DNA of 64,000 nucleotides from Eledone cirrhosa (Eukaryota): NCBI GenBank assembly GCA_964016885.1, contig OZ024742.1, positions 291,214,001 to 291,278,000 of the forward strand, read 5' to 3'. Shown piece by piece: positions 12,601 to 24,557 of this stretch (position 1 is its first letter; each line of letters starts with the position of its first letter). The notes under the pieces were generated by a model. It saw only the letters and a program-made list of their open reading frames with translations, ran no database searches and was not told where the DNA came from. The position numbers and the translations under genes were made by a program.

Positions 12601-13858
12601 TTGTTTTCTGTTGCTAATTCTTCCAAGAAAGGGACTTTACACTGTTTTGTTTTCGGATCAAGACCCTGGATATTTGCTGTTATTATGCTTGTTGTACCGG
12701 ATACATCTGCCCTATTGTTGGCAAGACTGTTGTAGTTGCTGGGACTGTGCTGACTGGATATTCGGTCTGCTGGGCTGTCTGTATTTGTTGTATGTGCCCT
12801 GTAAGTCCAGGTGTCAGCCTTTGTATCAATGTTTCCTGGTTTTGCTGAGTCATCTGTATGGAGTACAGCTGTTGTTGTAGTTGGTAGATTATGCCTAAAA
12901 AACTGCTTTCATTCATTACTGTATCGAATTTCTGCGAGTTTGGGTTTGTTACAGCTGATGTGTGCAATTGAGTAGCATGATTTTCATTCACTGTTGAGCC
13001 ATGTCCTGGTTTCTGCATTTTTGGGAAATGGTTTTCATACCCTGCTAAGCTTAGTCCTGGTGGTGTGGGTTCAGTAGTTTTTATGCGAATTGTACCCTTC
13101 CGGTGTATAATTTGCAATTCTCGTCAAAACATTCTTTTTTTCTCAGCGAATTGCGGCACATCTTTGGGTGAAGGAGTTCACATTCTCGGCCATTTTGGCA
13201 TCCTTTTTTTCGATCAGTACCGAAGTTGATATATGGTTTGCATGGTTTGGGGTGACTGTACGTGCACCCTTTACCTGAAAGACCATGTTTGCACTTGTTG
13301 CTCCTGTAATGGATACATACTGGCCTTTCTTCATTTGAGCGTTTGCTCTGAATCTGTTTCTTTTCGTGGGAAATTTGCTCTTTTTCTGCAGGATCTCCTG
13401 TTTCTTGTTTTGTAGGTGTTTGCATGTCATTGTCTTCATTCTTGTCATTTATAAGAGGCACTTGGATGGCCTGTGTGTGGCAGGATTTATTTGCCATGTC
13501 AGTTTTGCCAATCAATGTCTGTTTAGAACAGCCTGTCTGTGGTAAGGTCCTAGTTTCATTTGTTATTGTGGCGCTTGGTGAACAATAACCGCATAGCCAG
13601 TGTAGGCCTAGAATATCTGGAATGGTGTGGTTATTTATCTTTTTTAGGTAGCACACTTCGTGTATTCCTTGTCCACAGATGAAGCATGCCAAAGCTGGTT
13701 TTTGGCCAAATGTAATGCAGTACTGTTTGTCACACATTTTGCAAGTCTCCGGGAGGAAGTTTTCAATCCTTGTTATAATCCAGTTGGTGAGGTTTGATTT
13801 TGTGAGCTCAACTTGAACACCATCATTCAAGAAAGCTGCTGCTTTCTTTAACATCGTA
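9692..13858 (-). mobile_element. CR1-group LINE, near full length: ORF1 (PHD + CCCH fingers) and ORF2 (APE endonuclease + RT), frameshifted; (TGAAA)n tail
   Basis: ORF1 13081-13854 has CKMC..CFIC..HEVC..WLCGYC. ORF2 has ITESHL, GGVIMY, YRPP, GDFNFP, SDHN, AAGPDG, YRPISLTS, AKAFDKV, VPQGTVLG, FADDT and KDLGI. Tail atttc repeats at 9692-9714. Confidence 0.92.
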
Positions 13859-14007
13859 AACTTACAGTTTGTGAAAATATTTTTGTATATAAAGAATTGT
13901 TAATAAAGAATTTTGAAGGATTTATTAAATTATTAATTAATTTGTTACAAAAATAGTAATTTAGCATATGGTATTTATATTAAATTATGTTGAAAGATTT
14001 AATTTAA

Positions 14008-14218
14008 CCCTTTAGCAATTAAACCGGCCATATTCGGCCAGAATTCTCTCACCTTTTTCTGTTCAAACTGGCCATAACTGGCTGCTCATACTTATATTAA
14101 TGTATTAAATAATATCAAAAATATCATAGATTCAATTTTATGTGAAATAATTATGTGAAATAAAGTGTTTACCGTGAAAATACAATAGTAAATTTAGAGT
14201 AATGTAAATACTAAAGGG
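14008..14218. mobile_element. piggyBac-like MITE
   Basis: TTAA-ccctttag ... ctaaaggg-TTAA. Confidence 0.82.
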
Positions 14219-14424
14219 TTAAGTAGGAACTCTTTAAAATGGTTTGTTTTGTTTCAATGAATCAAAGACGATTTTGGCCGGGATCTCAGCAAAAGAGTTC
14301 AAAGAGAATTGGATGGTAATAATAGAGTATGATGATGGTGAGAGAAAGAAAGTGGTAGGTGTTAAGGAAGTATAATGTGAAGGAGGGCAAAATGATATTT
14401 AGCCATCATTCATTATACAAGTGT

Positions 14425-14545
14425 GAAGGTGCATGGCCTATGAGTTAGAGTGTTGGACTCACAATCATCAAGTCATGGGTTCAATTTCTGGATAGGGCAG
14501 TACATTGTGTTCTTGAGCAAGATGTTTCTTTTCAACATTGCTTTT
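14425..14545 (+). mobile_element. tRNA-derived SINE head (family 2), degenerate
   Basis: tggcctatgagttagag...gggttcaatt...tgtgttcttgagcaagat is similar to 33517. Confidence 0.6.
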
Positions 14546-14817
14546 CGTGACAGGACTGGGGTTCCTATTATTAAAACACTTGATAACTCTCCTGCGAGAT
14601 GCAACATTGTAGAATGACAGCTAAACCTACATAGGTGTGAGCTGTAAATTTCATTTACATTTAATCACATAGGTATCACGATGGTAATGAAACAGAGAGG
14701 TAAAGGGCTTCATATGTAACTGCTTATCACTGTCTTTCTACCATTACTATTTCTTCTGCTGATAGTTGAGAACCAAGAAACTAAGAAGTGAAGAAAAACA
14801 GGAAAAGCACCTTTTTG

Positions 14818-15180
14818 ATTTCCATATGTCTAACACCCGTGGGTATGCCTACAAAGTCAGAAAACAGCACAGCTCCCATGACTTTCGGAAACATTTTTTC
14901 ATGCTCTGAGTTGCTGAAGCATGGCACAAACTACCAGCATTGGTTGCTGTCGGGAAACTGCATCCTTCAAAACTTCCATGCTTCCTAAAATTCGCCAACA
15001 CTACACTTGATTTTCCCCGTCCATATACACGTATGCATGTATGTGTGTATGTCTGTGTGTATATCATGACTCATACACTGTTCACTTTCCTGACATTTGT
15101 ACATTAATCTATGTAATATATATGCACCTTTGATGAGTTGTAGTGCACCTGAGCACTGTACACAATAATTTCATTATTAT
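14818..15180 (+). mobile_element. CR1-like LINE 3' end remnant
   Basis: Reverse complement of 6316-6675; ends cacaataatttcattattat. Confidence 0.7.
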
Positions 15181-15203
15181 ATAAATTAATATTGTCTGCT
15201 TAC

Positions 15204-15379
15204 CTTGTCGGATATTTGTTATATTTATTTCAATGAACCTATCTCTGTCTGGTCGGGAGTGTTCATGGTTGAATCCAATAGTATGGAGAAATTCATGGGC
15301 AATAATGCCATTACATAGACACAATTTAGAGAGATAAATAGCTTGTACCTTTTTTCTATAGCCAACATAACTACCACAA
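15204..15379 (-). CDS. Astacin-family metalloprotease exon 4 (zinc-binding motif)
   Basis: ttctag acceptor (phase 2) and G|gtaagc donor (phase 1). Encodes CGSYVGYRKKVQAIYLSKLCLCNGIIAHEFLHTIGFNHEHSRPDRDRFIEINITNIRQ, matching HExxHxxGxxHExxRxDRD. Confidence 0.96.
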
Positions 15380-15549
15380 CTAGAAATAAAGAAATAATTA
15401 GTCTAACATTAATTTAATTTAATTAAACAATATATGATGTTTGAAAATGAAATGAATTGAAATTTACAGCTCACACTTCTTCCTCAAGTTCTAGATAATT
15501 TCTATATTGTGATACAGTTATGTCTAGTCAAAGTATTTAACTCTCCCTC

Positions 15550-15958
15550 TGGTTCTAAGTAGGTATTACCCAAGTGCATTACTGGTGCTTTATTTTATTG
15601 GCCCCTACCCCCATAAGGATGAAAGGCAAAGCTAAACTCAGCAGGATTTGAACTCAGAACATAAAGGACCCTAACTACAAGCCACAAAGCATGTTGTCCA
15701 ATGCTCTACCAATACTACCAGCCTTCATTTGATAAACAATGGTTTCTGATTTAGGCACAAGGCCAACAATTTTTAGGGGAGGGGAAAGTCGATTAAATTG
15801 ACCCCAGTGCATTACTGGTGCTTTATTTTATCGACCCCAAAAAGATGAAAGGCAAAGCTAACCTTGGCGGGATTTGAACTCAGAATGTAAGTGGCCATTA
15901 TTCTATGCTGTAAAGCATGGTGTCCGATGTTCTACCAATTCTGCCAATCGATCGCCCT
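15550..15958 (-). mobile_element. Two tandem family-1 tRNA-SINE copies (about 15550-15722 and 15741-15958)
   Basis: Shared gatgaaaggcaaag..gatttgaactcaga core. The second copy has TSD cttcatttgataaa(c/t)aat at 15723-15740 and 15959-15976. Confidence 0.82.
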
Positions 15959-16399
15959 CTTCATTTGATAAATAATAATGTCATGTCGAACAGAAAATGA
16001 TATTAGATTGGTTAACTCTTCAAAGAAAATTCTAGAAATAGATTATGTCAAGTTAACATATTTACTCAAAATTTGAAACTTTTTTTGAAACAGGAAGTAG
16101 AATAAGTCAACTTCTATACAAAATACTAAACAGCTAATCATTTTACATTCTTTAATAAGAAACTCAATATGTGTGTGAGATTGTGTTTTTGGTGAATAAC
16201 ATGATACAAGTTTACAAAAAATTTAATAGACCTGGCTGTAATATAGTTGTTTTATACACAAGGATATAATTTATTCCATTTTTTTTTCAGTTTCAGAAAC
16301 TGGGGTCACATTATATACAAGGATGTAATTTATTTGTTTGTTTTTAGCTACAGAAACATATTATAGTAAAATCATATTATACTCAAATAAATATAGTAC

Positions 16400-16535
16400 C
16401 TGGCTGCAGCAACAAATTTTATATATATTTTCTCGTCTCTTTGTTTAACAAATGTGATACAGTTTTTGCCATTGTGACGTGTGCTCTTTTCAATAAGCTT
16501 CAGGGCTGTTTCAAGCTGTTTCTCAGCATTTACAG
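16400..16535 (-). CDS. Astacin-family metalloprotease exon 3
   Basis: tttcag acceptor (phase 1), AG|gtacta donor (phase 2), 136 bp. Encodes VNAEKQLETALKLIEKSTRHNGKNCITFVKQRDEKIYIKFVAAA with the astacin CIxF..YIxF pattern. Confidence 0.92.
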
Positions 16536-16594
16536 CTGAAATATATAAATTAACATAAAGTTAACATAAAATTAGAGATATTGGGATGGGGTGG

Positions 16595-16702
16595 GGGGGG
16601 GGACTTAGTGGTTAGTGGTTAAGGTGTTGGAATCATGATCATAATGTTATGGGTTTAATTCTTGTTTGCATCTTGTGTTCTTGAGCAAAATACTTATTTC
16701 AT
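16595..16702 (+). mobile_element. Degenerate family-2 SINE head
   Basis: tagtggttaaggtgttgga...gggtttaatt...tgtgttcttgagcaaaatactt. Confidence 0.55.
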
Positions 16703-16778
16703 GAAGAAGAAGAAGAAGAAGAAGAAGACATGCTAGAGTCCTAGAATCTTAGCTAATTAGTTAAATTATGATACTTAC

Positions 16779-16842
16779 AGAATTTAGACATTTTGTATGG
16801 AATAACAACATAAGGCCAGATTTTCTTCACTACATTTCTTTT
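16779..16842 (-). CDS. Astacin-family metalloprotease exon 2 (activation site and start of the mature domain)
   Basis: cttcag acceptor (phase 0), T|gtaagt donor, 64 bp. Encodes KRNVVKKIWPYVVIPYKMSKF (R|N...WP..IPY). Confidence 0.92.
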
Positions 16843-16971
16843 CTGAAGTAAGAAACAAAATGAATTATTGACAATAACAAATAACTAACCCATGCTGGTG
16901 TGGAAAATGGATGTAAAACAGTGGTGATGATGATGATATATGTATATATGCACAAGTATATATATATATCA

Positions 16972-17075
16972 TTCGCTGAGGTTAACTTTGCCTTTCATCC
17001 TTACGGGGTCGATAAAATAAAGTACCAGTAATGCTCTGGGTAATTTCTGGCCTTGTGCCAAACGTAGAAACAATT
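16972..17075 (+). mobile_element. Family-1 SINE 3' half
   Basis: gttaactttgcctttcatccttacggggtcgataaaataaagtaccagt...ggccttgtgcc. Confidence 0.75.
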
Positions 17076-17114
17076 ATCATGATATATGTATGTGTATAGA
17101 TGTGTGTATATGTA

Positions 17115-17696
17115 TGTTATGTTGGCACCACAAAACATCCAGCCCACACTGTAAAGTGGTCGTGTAGGTGTCATGACAAAAAGCATCCAGCCCACACTGT
17201 AAAGTGGTCGTGTAGGTGTCACGACAAAAAGCATACAGCCCACACTGTAATGTGGTCGTGTAGGTGTCATGACAAAAAGCATCCAGCCCACACTGTAAAG
17301 TGGTCGTCTAGGTGTCACGACAAAAAGCATCCAGTTCACACTGTAAAGTGGTCGTGTAGGTGTCATGACAAAAAGCATCCAGCCCTCACTGTAAAGTGGT
17401 TGTGTAGGTGTCACGACAAAAAGCACCCAGCACACACTGTAATGTGGTCGTGTAAAAGAAACAGCAAAAAGCATCCAGCACACACTGTAAAATGGTTGTG
17501 TAGGTGTCACAACAAAAATCACCCAGCACACACAGTAAATGTGGTTGGCGCTAGGAAGGGCATCCAGCCTTAGAAAACCAGCCAGAAACAGTTCTATATG
17601 AGTGAGACATGGTCATCCGACCCAATCTGCCTCTAAATGGGACAAACCTGTCAAACCTGTGCTAGCGTGGAGGATAGATGTTAAATGATGATGATA
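17115..17696 (+). repeat. RTE 3'UTR fragment with nine tandem 48-bp units
   Basis: Unit aaaagcatccagcccacactgtaaagtggtcgtgtaggtgtcatgaca. Flanks match the RTE subfamily-2 3'UTR at 39107-39413; (TGA)n tail. Confidence 0.88.
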
Positions 17697-17752
17697 TCTT
17701 AGTGTGAGACATAATAACAGTTAAATAATATATATTGAATGTTTCTACTTAC

Positions 17753-17884
17753 AGATCTATTGAGATTTTGTTCATGGCTTTCACTGTCAGATGTTCCTGA
17801 AGATGACATTGGAGTGGTGAGGACTGTTTTGTGGAAAGTCAGTACAATGCACATTAGAAGTAAAGAAATGAAAAAGAGAGTCAT
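17753..17884 (-). CDS. Astacin-family metalloprotease exon 1 (putative signal peptide + short propeptide). The 5' boundary is uncertain; an alternative acceptor lies at 17823
   Basis: MTLFFISLLLMCIVLTFHKTVLTTPMSSSGTSDSESHEQNLNRS, then TCT|gtaagt donor in phase 0. Joining to exon 2 creates RSKR|N. Confidence 0.72.
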
Positions 17885-18124
17885 GTATGTGTGTGTGTGT
17901 GTGTGTGCGTGTGTGCGTGTGTGAGTGCAAAAGGTAAATGGAAACACGAAATCAAACAATACAGTACAATGAAGAAATATATTAGTCTAATGCTTGGTAT
18001 AGTAGGACAAGAGTCTTTGTGTTTTGGACACTAGTCCTTCACCAGAAGATAGAATGAGAAATAAAAGGATGGAGGGTGAGAAGAGAAAGGAATGGAAAAA
18101 CATTTTTTTAAAGAAAAGCCAGAG

Positions 18125-21065
18125 TGTCATGTTTGTGGTTGGTTGTTTGTTCTATGTGCGTGTGTGTTTTCATTTTGTCCTTAATTGTAAGTTGTGATGT
18201 TGCTGTTCCACTCATGTTTTCTATTTAATTTTGGTTGTAATTCATTTATGTTTATTGCCTCTGTGATTTGTCTAAACATTGCGTCTTTTCTGTGTGTAGA
18301 TTCTATTTTTATTTCTATGTTCTCTAATTTACTCTTATGTTCTATTTTAGTATGTTGGTAGAGTACAGATGATTTTTTACTATCTTGAAGGTCTCGCCAG
18401 TGTTCATTTATCCGTTCCCCTATACTACGAGCTGTCTCACCTATGTACACTATATTTTTATCTCTACATTGTCCTTCAGTACATCTTATGCTATATACTA
18501 CATTTCTAGTTTTACAGTTAATCTGGGGGCTTAATTTACAGATTATACATTTCTTATCTATACAGGGAGGTCTTTGAAAAGGGTATGTCTTGCTAATAAG
18601 TGTTTTTATGGAGGTACCTGGTCTTTCTACTATCTTAATATTGAGTTTATGTTTATCTAGGGCCCTTCTAAATTTGTAAGCTAATTCACCTCTAGGGGTT
18701 GTATCGATGAACATTACACTCTGGTATTTATTGCTATCATACCATGAGTTTATTCTATTAGCTTTATTCCGAGTTCTTTCTATTCTATTCCAAAATTTGC
18801 TCCTATACAAGGGGCAGGTCCCATTTGTGTCATTATTTACCATTTTTTCCCATTTGGTTCTGGCTCCTCTATACACTCTGATTTTATCTCTCTGATTGTA
18901 GCCAGTGAACTGCATACGGTGGATGAAATGTTGTATGTGTCTCTCTAGTTCTTCGGGGTTGCACATGAGGGACACGTTTCTCATCACTCGTACCAAATCC
19001 GCAATCAGTATGTTGATTTTGGTATGGTCCGAAACAGCTGAGTTTCGGTGGATCAGATATTTGGAAAGCATGGGTTTGGCATAATGGGAATGGAGGATTT
19101 GTTTTTTGTTATTAATGGTATCTAACCAGAGCTCTGTGTCTAGTACAGGTAATTGATGGTTGGGGTGTTTGCTTGGGTAGTCTATAGTAACTCTAATACT
19201 CTGGTGGATGGAGTTAGCTATTTGCTGGATGCTTTCCATTGTGTTTTTCTCTAGTTCCTGACTGTTCTCTAGTGGGGATGTTTTAACTTCGATGTTTATA
19301 TCATCAACATAGCGGGAGTACATTATCAGGGTTAAGGGGTCTTCTAATTGTTCTTTAAGTTTAAGTTTAAGTCTACTGTCCCACCATACTATGAATAGGT
19401 TAGCTATGTCACCTGCAATGCTAACACCAATGGCTGCTCCCTCCTCTTGGGCATATGTTTTTCCATTAAATTTGAACATATATTCCTTAAGGGTTAATTT
19501 TATGCTGGCCCCACCGCATGTGCAATCATTTTCTTTAGTTCATCGTAGTTTTCGGGGGTCCGTATGGCTCTGGTCCACCCGTTCCATCTATCTGTGTGGG
19601 TTTTCTTGGCCATTGAGGTAATGGTAGATGGTCTGCCTCTTGCTGGTCTTGTAGGGCACAGGTTGCTAAGGTCATATGTGTCTAGATAATTATTACTATA
19701 GGTAAGCTTAAGTAGGAGTCCCAGCTCACTGGTATCAATCCCACGGAATTCAACATTGCTCTCACTGATCATTTCTACGCATTTCTCCACAGCAAAATCC
19801 ACGTCAATAGATGGATACAGGGGCACAACATCCATACTACCTATTATGCAGTTTGTTAGGTCCCTAGATCGGTTACTCTCGCCGATTCTGCTGAGGAGGT
19901 CCTCCGTGCTGTCACATACATCTGGGGACATTTCAATGATGGGGCGTATGATCAGGGAGAGGAAGTAGGACAGTCTGTAGTTACTAGCAATGTTAGCTCC
20001 ACAGACTGGCCGTGTTGGTGGTCCTGTGACAGGGTCACTGCTTGTTTTATGGTCTTTTCGAAGCCCATACAACGCTGGCACGTCATTGGAAGTTGTTGGC
20101 AGTCCTTTTGTTGGGCTGCATTATATTTGTCCACATCATCATATGGGCATTGAGGGCTTTTTCTCTATCCTCATGGTCTTGTGGTGTTACTTCTCTTATG
20201 TTAGTGATGTGGGGTTGCATTGCCTGGATGTAGTTTGGCAGACTGTCAACTGACATTCTGCCAGACTTGTCTGTTGGAAAGCATGCTATCTCTCCATTAC
20301 GCGAGCGCTGCATGAGCTTATGCAAGCCATTTGCAGATTTTTCTCCCAGTTGCTGGGCCTCCATTCTATTATGCTTCTTGCTATACTGTTCTATAATATT
20401 TCTAAGTTTAGATCTAGCTATACTAAATTGTGCTTCTTAATTGTAAAACTAGAAATATAATATATAGCATAAGATATACTGAAGGACAATGTAGAGATAA
20501 AAAAAATAGTGTACATAGGTGAGACAGCTCGTAGTATAGGGGAACGGATAAATGAACACTGGCGAGACCTTCAAGATAGTAAAGAATCATCTGTACTCTA
20601 CCAACATGCTAAAATAGAACATAAGGGTAAATTAGAGAACATAGAAATAAAAATAGAATCTACACACAGAAAAGACGCAATGTTTAGACAAATCACAGAG
20701 GCAATAAACATAAATGAATTACAACCAAAATTAAATAGAAAACATTGAGTGGAACAGCAACATCACAACTTACAATTAAGGACAAAATGAAAACACACAC
20801 GCACATAGAACAAACAACCAACCAGTAACATGTAAATAAACAAATAAATAAACGAATATAAACACATACAGACACCCGAATGTAACACATTGCGCAAACT
20901 AAGCACACAACACACACACAAAAACAAGATGGCGTAGGACAGAACAAAGGAGAGGCACAAAAAATAAAGAAAAGAATCCCCAGTCACTGAAGAGGTCACA
21001 GAATGTGTGACGAAAGAACTTTGACAATATATAAACAACCGTCTGGTTGTGGAACCAACCAACCA
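18125..21065 (-). mobile_element. Penelope-like element (RT + GIY-YIG endonuclease), frameshifted, with an inverted copy of its 3' end/pseudo-LTR at about 20437-21065 on +
   Basis: LYGLRKDHK, RPVC, SMDVVPLYPSI, YSRYVDDI, LPVLD and VVYSIRC..YIGETARSIGERINEH. ORF 20509-20748(+) duplicates the GIY-YIG in inverted orientation. Confidence 0.92.
20983..21025 (+). ncRNA. Minimal type I hammerhead ribozyme in the Penelope pseudo-LTR
   Basis: gtca-CTGAAGA-g-gtcaca(gaatg)tgtgac-GAAA-g(aa)c-TT-tgac: stem I gtca/tgac, 6-bp stem II, minimal stem III. Confidence 0.75.
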
Positions 21066-21188
21066 ACCGGAAATTTATAAATTCCTAAATTTATAAATTT
21101 ATTATAATAAATTGAAGTGAAAGCAACTGGTGCGTGTGTTTCTTATTGGCAACATGACCCTCCCAAAGTATAACAATATATATATATA

Positions 21189-21898
21189 TCTTGACGTTAT
21201 AGTCGCATATATGTTATAGAATGCCGTTAGCTTCTTGCTAAAACAATCTCTATACCTTTCATTTATATTTATACTCGGATTCTTTTCCTAGAGTGCTTAA
21301 ACTATCTGTGACTAATCCCGGTTTTTTTCATAAAAACTGTGATAATTATTGCTATTTTGCTGAACTCCTTTTGTAGAGTTTTTTTCAGAATGTATTTGAC
21401 TGCTATTTCTTGTAAATAAACATTCACTTCCATCCTGACGTCACTAGCCCCGTTTTTTCCTCATTGTACTTTTTCATAATTACACATGAAGGCGAACTAG
21501 CCAGTTTTAGAATTCCCTTTTTCGGATTATATTACTGTGAGAGCCCTGGTTTTCTGTTGAGCTCTGCTGATGAATGAAATCCAACCGTGACCATCTCCAC
21601 TGAAAGTTTTCATGAAATAGTCTTTTAAGACTATACAGAGCATTTGATGTTATTCCAAATTGAAGGATAAGTGTTTCAAACTTTATTTTATCATGAGTTA
21701 AAGGTCTATAGATTTTTCCCCGGATTTCACTAAATTCTGTGGATGAATTTATATCCTGATTCTCTTTTGAGATGAGTTTGAGTTATTTTTCCTAAATCTT
21801 TCGTTAACTACTTTTCCCATCTTGACGTTATAGTCGCATATATGTTATAGAATGCCGTTAGCTTCTTGCTAAAACAATCTCTATACCTCTCATTTATA
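21189..21898. repeat. ~80-bp direct repeats (21189-21268, 21820-21898) flanking a ~550-bp unclassified segment
   Basis: tcttgacgttatagtcgcatatatgttatagaatgccgttagcttcttgctaaaacaatctctatacc occurs twice. Confidence 0.85.
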
Positions 21899-21917
21899 TA
21901 TATAATATATATATATT

Positions 21918-22236
21918 TTTTTCATTTTACGTCCACTTTTTCCCTGCTGGCAATGGTGGGACGGGAACTGATTCTGGGTTGATTTCTACAGCTGGATGCT
22001 CTTCCTAACACCAACCTCATTTACAGTGAGTGCTGGGTGCTTTATTGTCGTGGCACCTCCACGACCACTTTGCAGTGGAATGATATGGACCCCAGTCTCT
22101 ATCATCTCATTTCTATAGCTGAGTAAACTGGAGCAATGTGAAATAAAGTGCCTTGCTCAAGGAAACAACACATCACCTGCTCTGAGAATTGAACTCACAA
22201 ACTTTTGATTGCAAGGCCAATGCTCTAACCACTTAA
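21918..22236 (-). mobile_element. Family-2 tRNA-SINE with RTE-derived tail
   Basis: Reverse complement of 33517-33840. Confidence 0.85.
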
Positions 22237-22351
22237 TCTGTTAATTTAATAAATATTTGCTTTACGGTTCTTATATATTTGATATATATTTATCCTTATC
22301 GAGCCCTCTTTGGATTTTAGTCTTCAAATTTATTATTATTACTATATATAT

Positions 22352-24557
22352 CATCATCATCATCATCACCGTTTTACATCCGTTCTTCCATGCTAGCATG
22401 GGTTAGACAGGTTGTCTTGTTGTGGGCAGTGTCTGGTCGGCTGACCATGCCTTGCTCATACAGGAACTGATTTTGGCTTGATTTCTACAGCTGGATGCCC
22501 TTCCTAACACCAACCTCATTTACAGTGAGTGCTGGGTGCTTTTTCGTGGCGCCTACAAGTCCACTTTACAGTGTGGGCTGGGTGCTTTTTGGCCGTGGCA
22601 CCTCCACGACCACCTTGCAGTGGGAGGGTGTGGGGGCATATTGTCTATATGCTTCAGCTTGTACCCATGGGAGGTCGGGTTCTCTGTATTACTGCATGAC
22701 ACCAGAGGTCACGGTCGTGTGTCATCACCTTTGAGAGGTGTAATTGGGTAAGGTCGGCCCCTATCACCTCATTCCAGGTCATCTTGGGTCTCCCCACTCC
22801 GCGGTTTCCATTGACTTCTAGTGCTCTGCACCTTTTTATGCAGCTGTCATCCTTCATACGCATCACGTGTCCATACCAACGCAACCGCCTCTCCTGCACA
22901 CAGCATTTGATTCCTCTTATGCTCAGTCTCTCTCTCAATTCATTTATGCTTTGTCGTTCGCGTATATTACTATTACACATCCATCGGAGCATGCAGGCTT
23001 CGTTTCTTTCTAATCTACGTAAGTCTTCCACAGACAGCGCCCAGGTCTCACTACCATGTAACATTGCTGTTCGGATACACGCATCATACAGTCTGCCTTT
23101 CATTTTGAGGGAGAAGCCTTTTGCAGCTAGCAGTGGCAGTAGTTCCCTGAACTTCTTCCATCCCGTTCTTACCCTAGTTATTGTACTTTCTGAACACCCA
23201 CCTCCGCTGCTAATTCGGTTACCTAGGAAGCAGAAGCTGTCTACTGTTTCTACAGAGCCCTCCCAGAGATTGGTGGTACTTGTTTCCTCTGGCTGTTTGC
23301 TGCTTGCTGTCCCAGCACAGCTGCTACATCTGAAGCCTACATTCTTAATTAAGCTTCCTGAGATCCCGCTACATCTCCACCCATTGTTTGCATTTGGGGC
23401 AGAGAATGGAGTTCCTACATACACCTTTCCTACATACTGAGCAAGGCCATTTCCCTGAGGGGATCTGGGTTCTGTTTTCTCGTCTACTTACAAGGACCTT
23501 AGTCTTTGTCATGTTGACTTTGAGACCCTTTCTTTCTAGTCCCTGCTTCCAAGTTTGGAATTTCTTCTCTAGTTCTACCATAGATTCAGCTATAAGTGCG
23601 AGGTCATCAGCATATAGGAGTTCCCATGGGCATCCGGTCTTAAACTCATCCGTTATTGCCTGCAGGACTATGATGAACAGCAGAGGGCTAAGAAGAGAGC
23701 CCTGGTGGACACCAACCTGTATGCTAAATTCCTCGCTATACTCATTGCTAATCCTAACTTTGCTGACTGCTCCCCTATACATGGCTTGTACAGCTTTCAC
23801 AAGCCATTCATCTACTCCTAGTTTTCTAAGAGCCCACCAGATTACAGTACGTGGAACTCTGTCAAAGGCTTTCTCGAGATCGACGAATGCCAGGTAGAGT
23901 GGCTTACTTTTAGCTAGGTACTTTTCCTGTAACTGCCTCACAAGGAAGAGGGCATCAGTGGTGGCTCTTCCTGGTACAAACCCAAATTGCATCTCATCTA
24001 GTTTCACCCGGTCCCTAATCAACTGTGCTATAACTCTTTCTGTTACTTTCATGACCTGGTCCATCAGCTTTATCCCTCTATAGTTTCCTCTATCTAGTGC
24101 ATCACCTTTACCTTTGTAGCAGTTGACAATGATGCTACTGCACCAATCTTTTGGTATGACACCTTCTAGTATTACCTGGTTAACAATACGTGTGGTTATA
24201 GTGTGACCTACAGACCCAGATGCCTTCAGCATCTCGGCAGCTATACCTGATGGACCGGTTGTCTTCCCCATCTTCATATCTTTGATTGCCTTACTTACTA
24301 CGCTGCTGCTGACTTGTACTGCTGGCCCCTCTATAGGGTCTACTTGGGGTAGGGTCTCTTCTTCCCATGCATTCTCCTCATTTAGTAATCTATCATAATG
24401 GCTCTTCCATGCATCTTTCTTCTCAGCACTTGTGAGGGCAAGCTGACCTTTATCATTTCGGATACACTTCTCTCCAATGACATCACAATTCTCTCTGACA
24501 CACTGCCTCGCAATCTTGAACACCTCCTGTTTCTGGTCCTCACGTTGCAAAACATGC

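Noticed and set aside
17100-17573. 157-aa KKHPAHTVKWSCRCHD repeat protein (and the 176-aa antisense ORF)
   Set aside because: An artefact of a 48-bp (multiple of 3) tandem unit derived from the RTE 3'UTR, lying inside an intron.
21560-21590. CTGATGA-at-GAAA hammerhead
   Set aside because: No room for stem II and no stem I/III pairing found.
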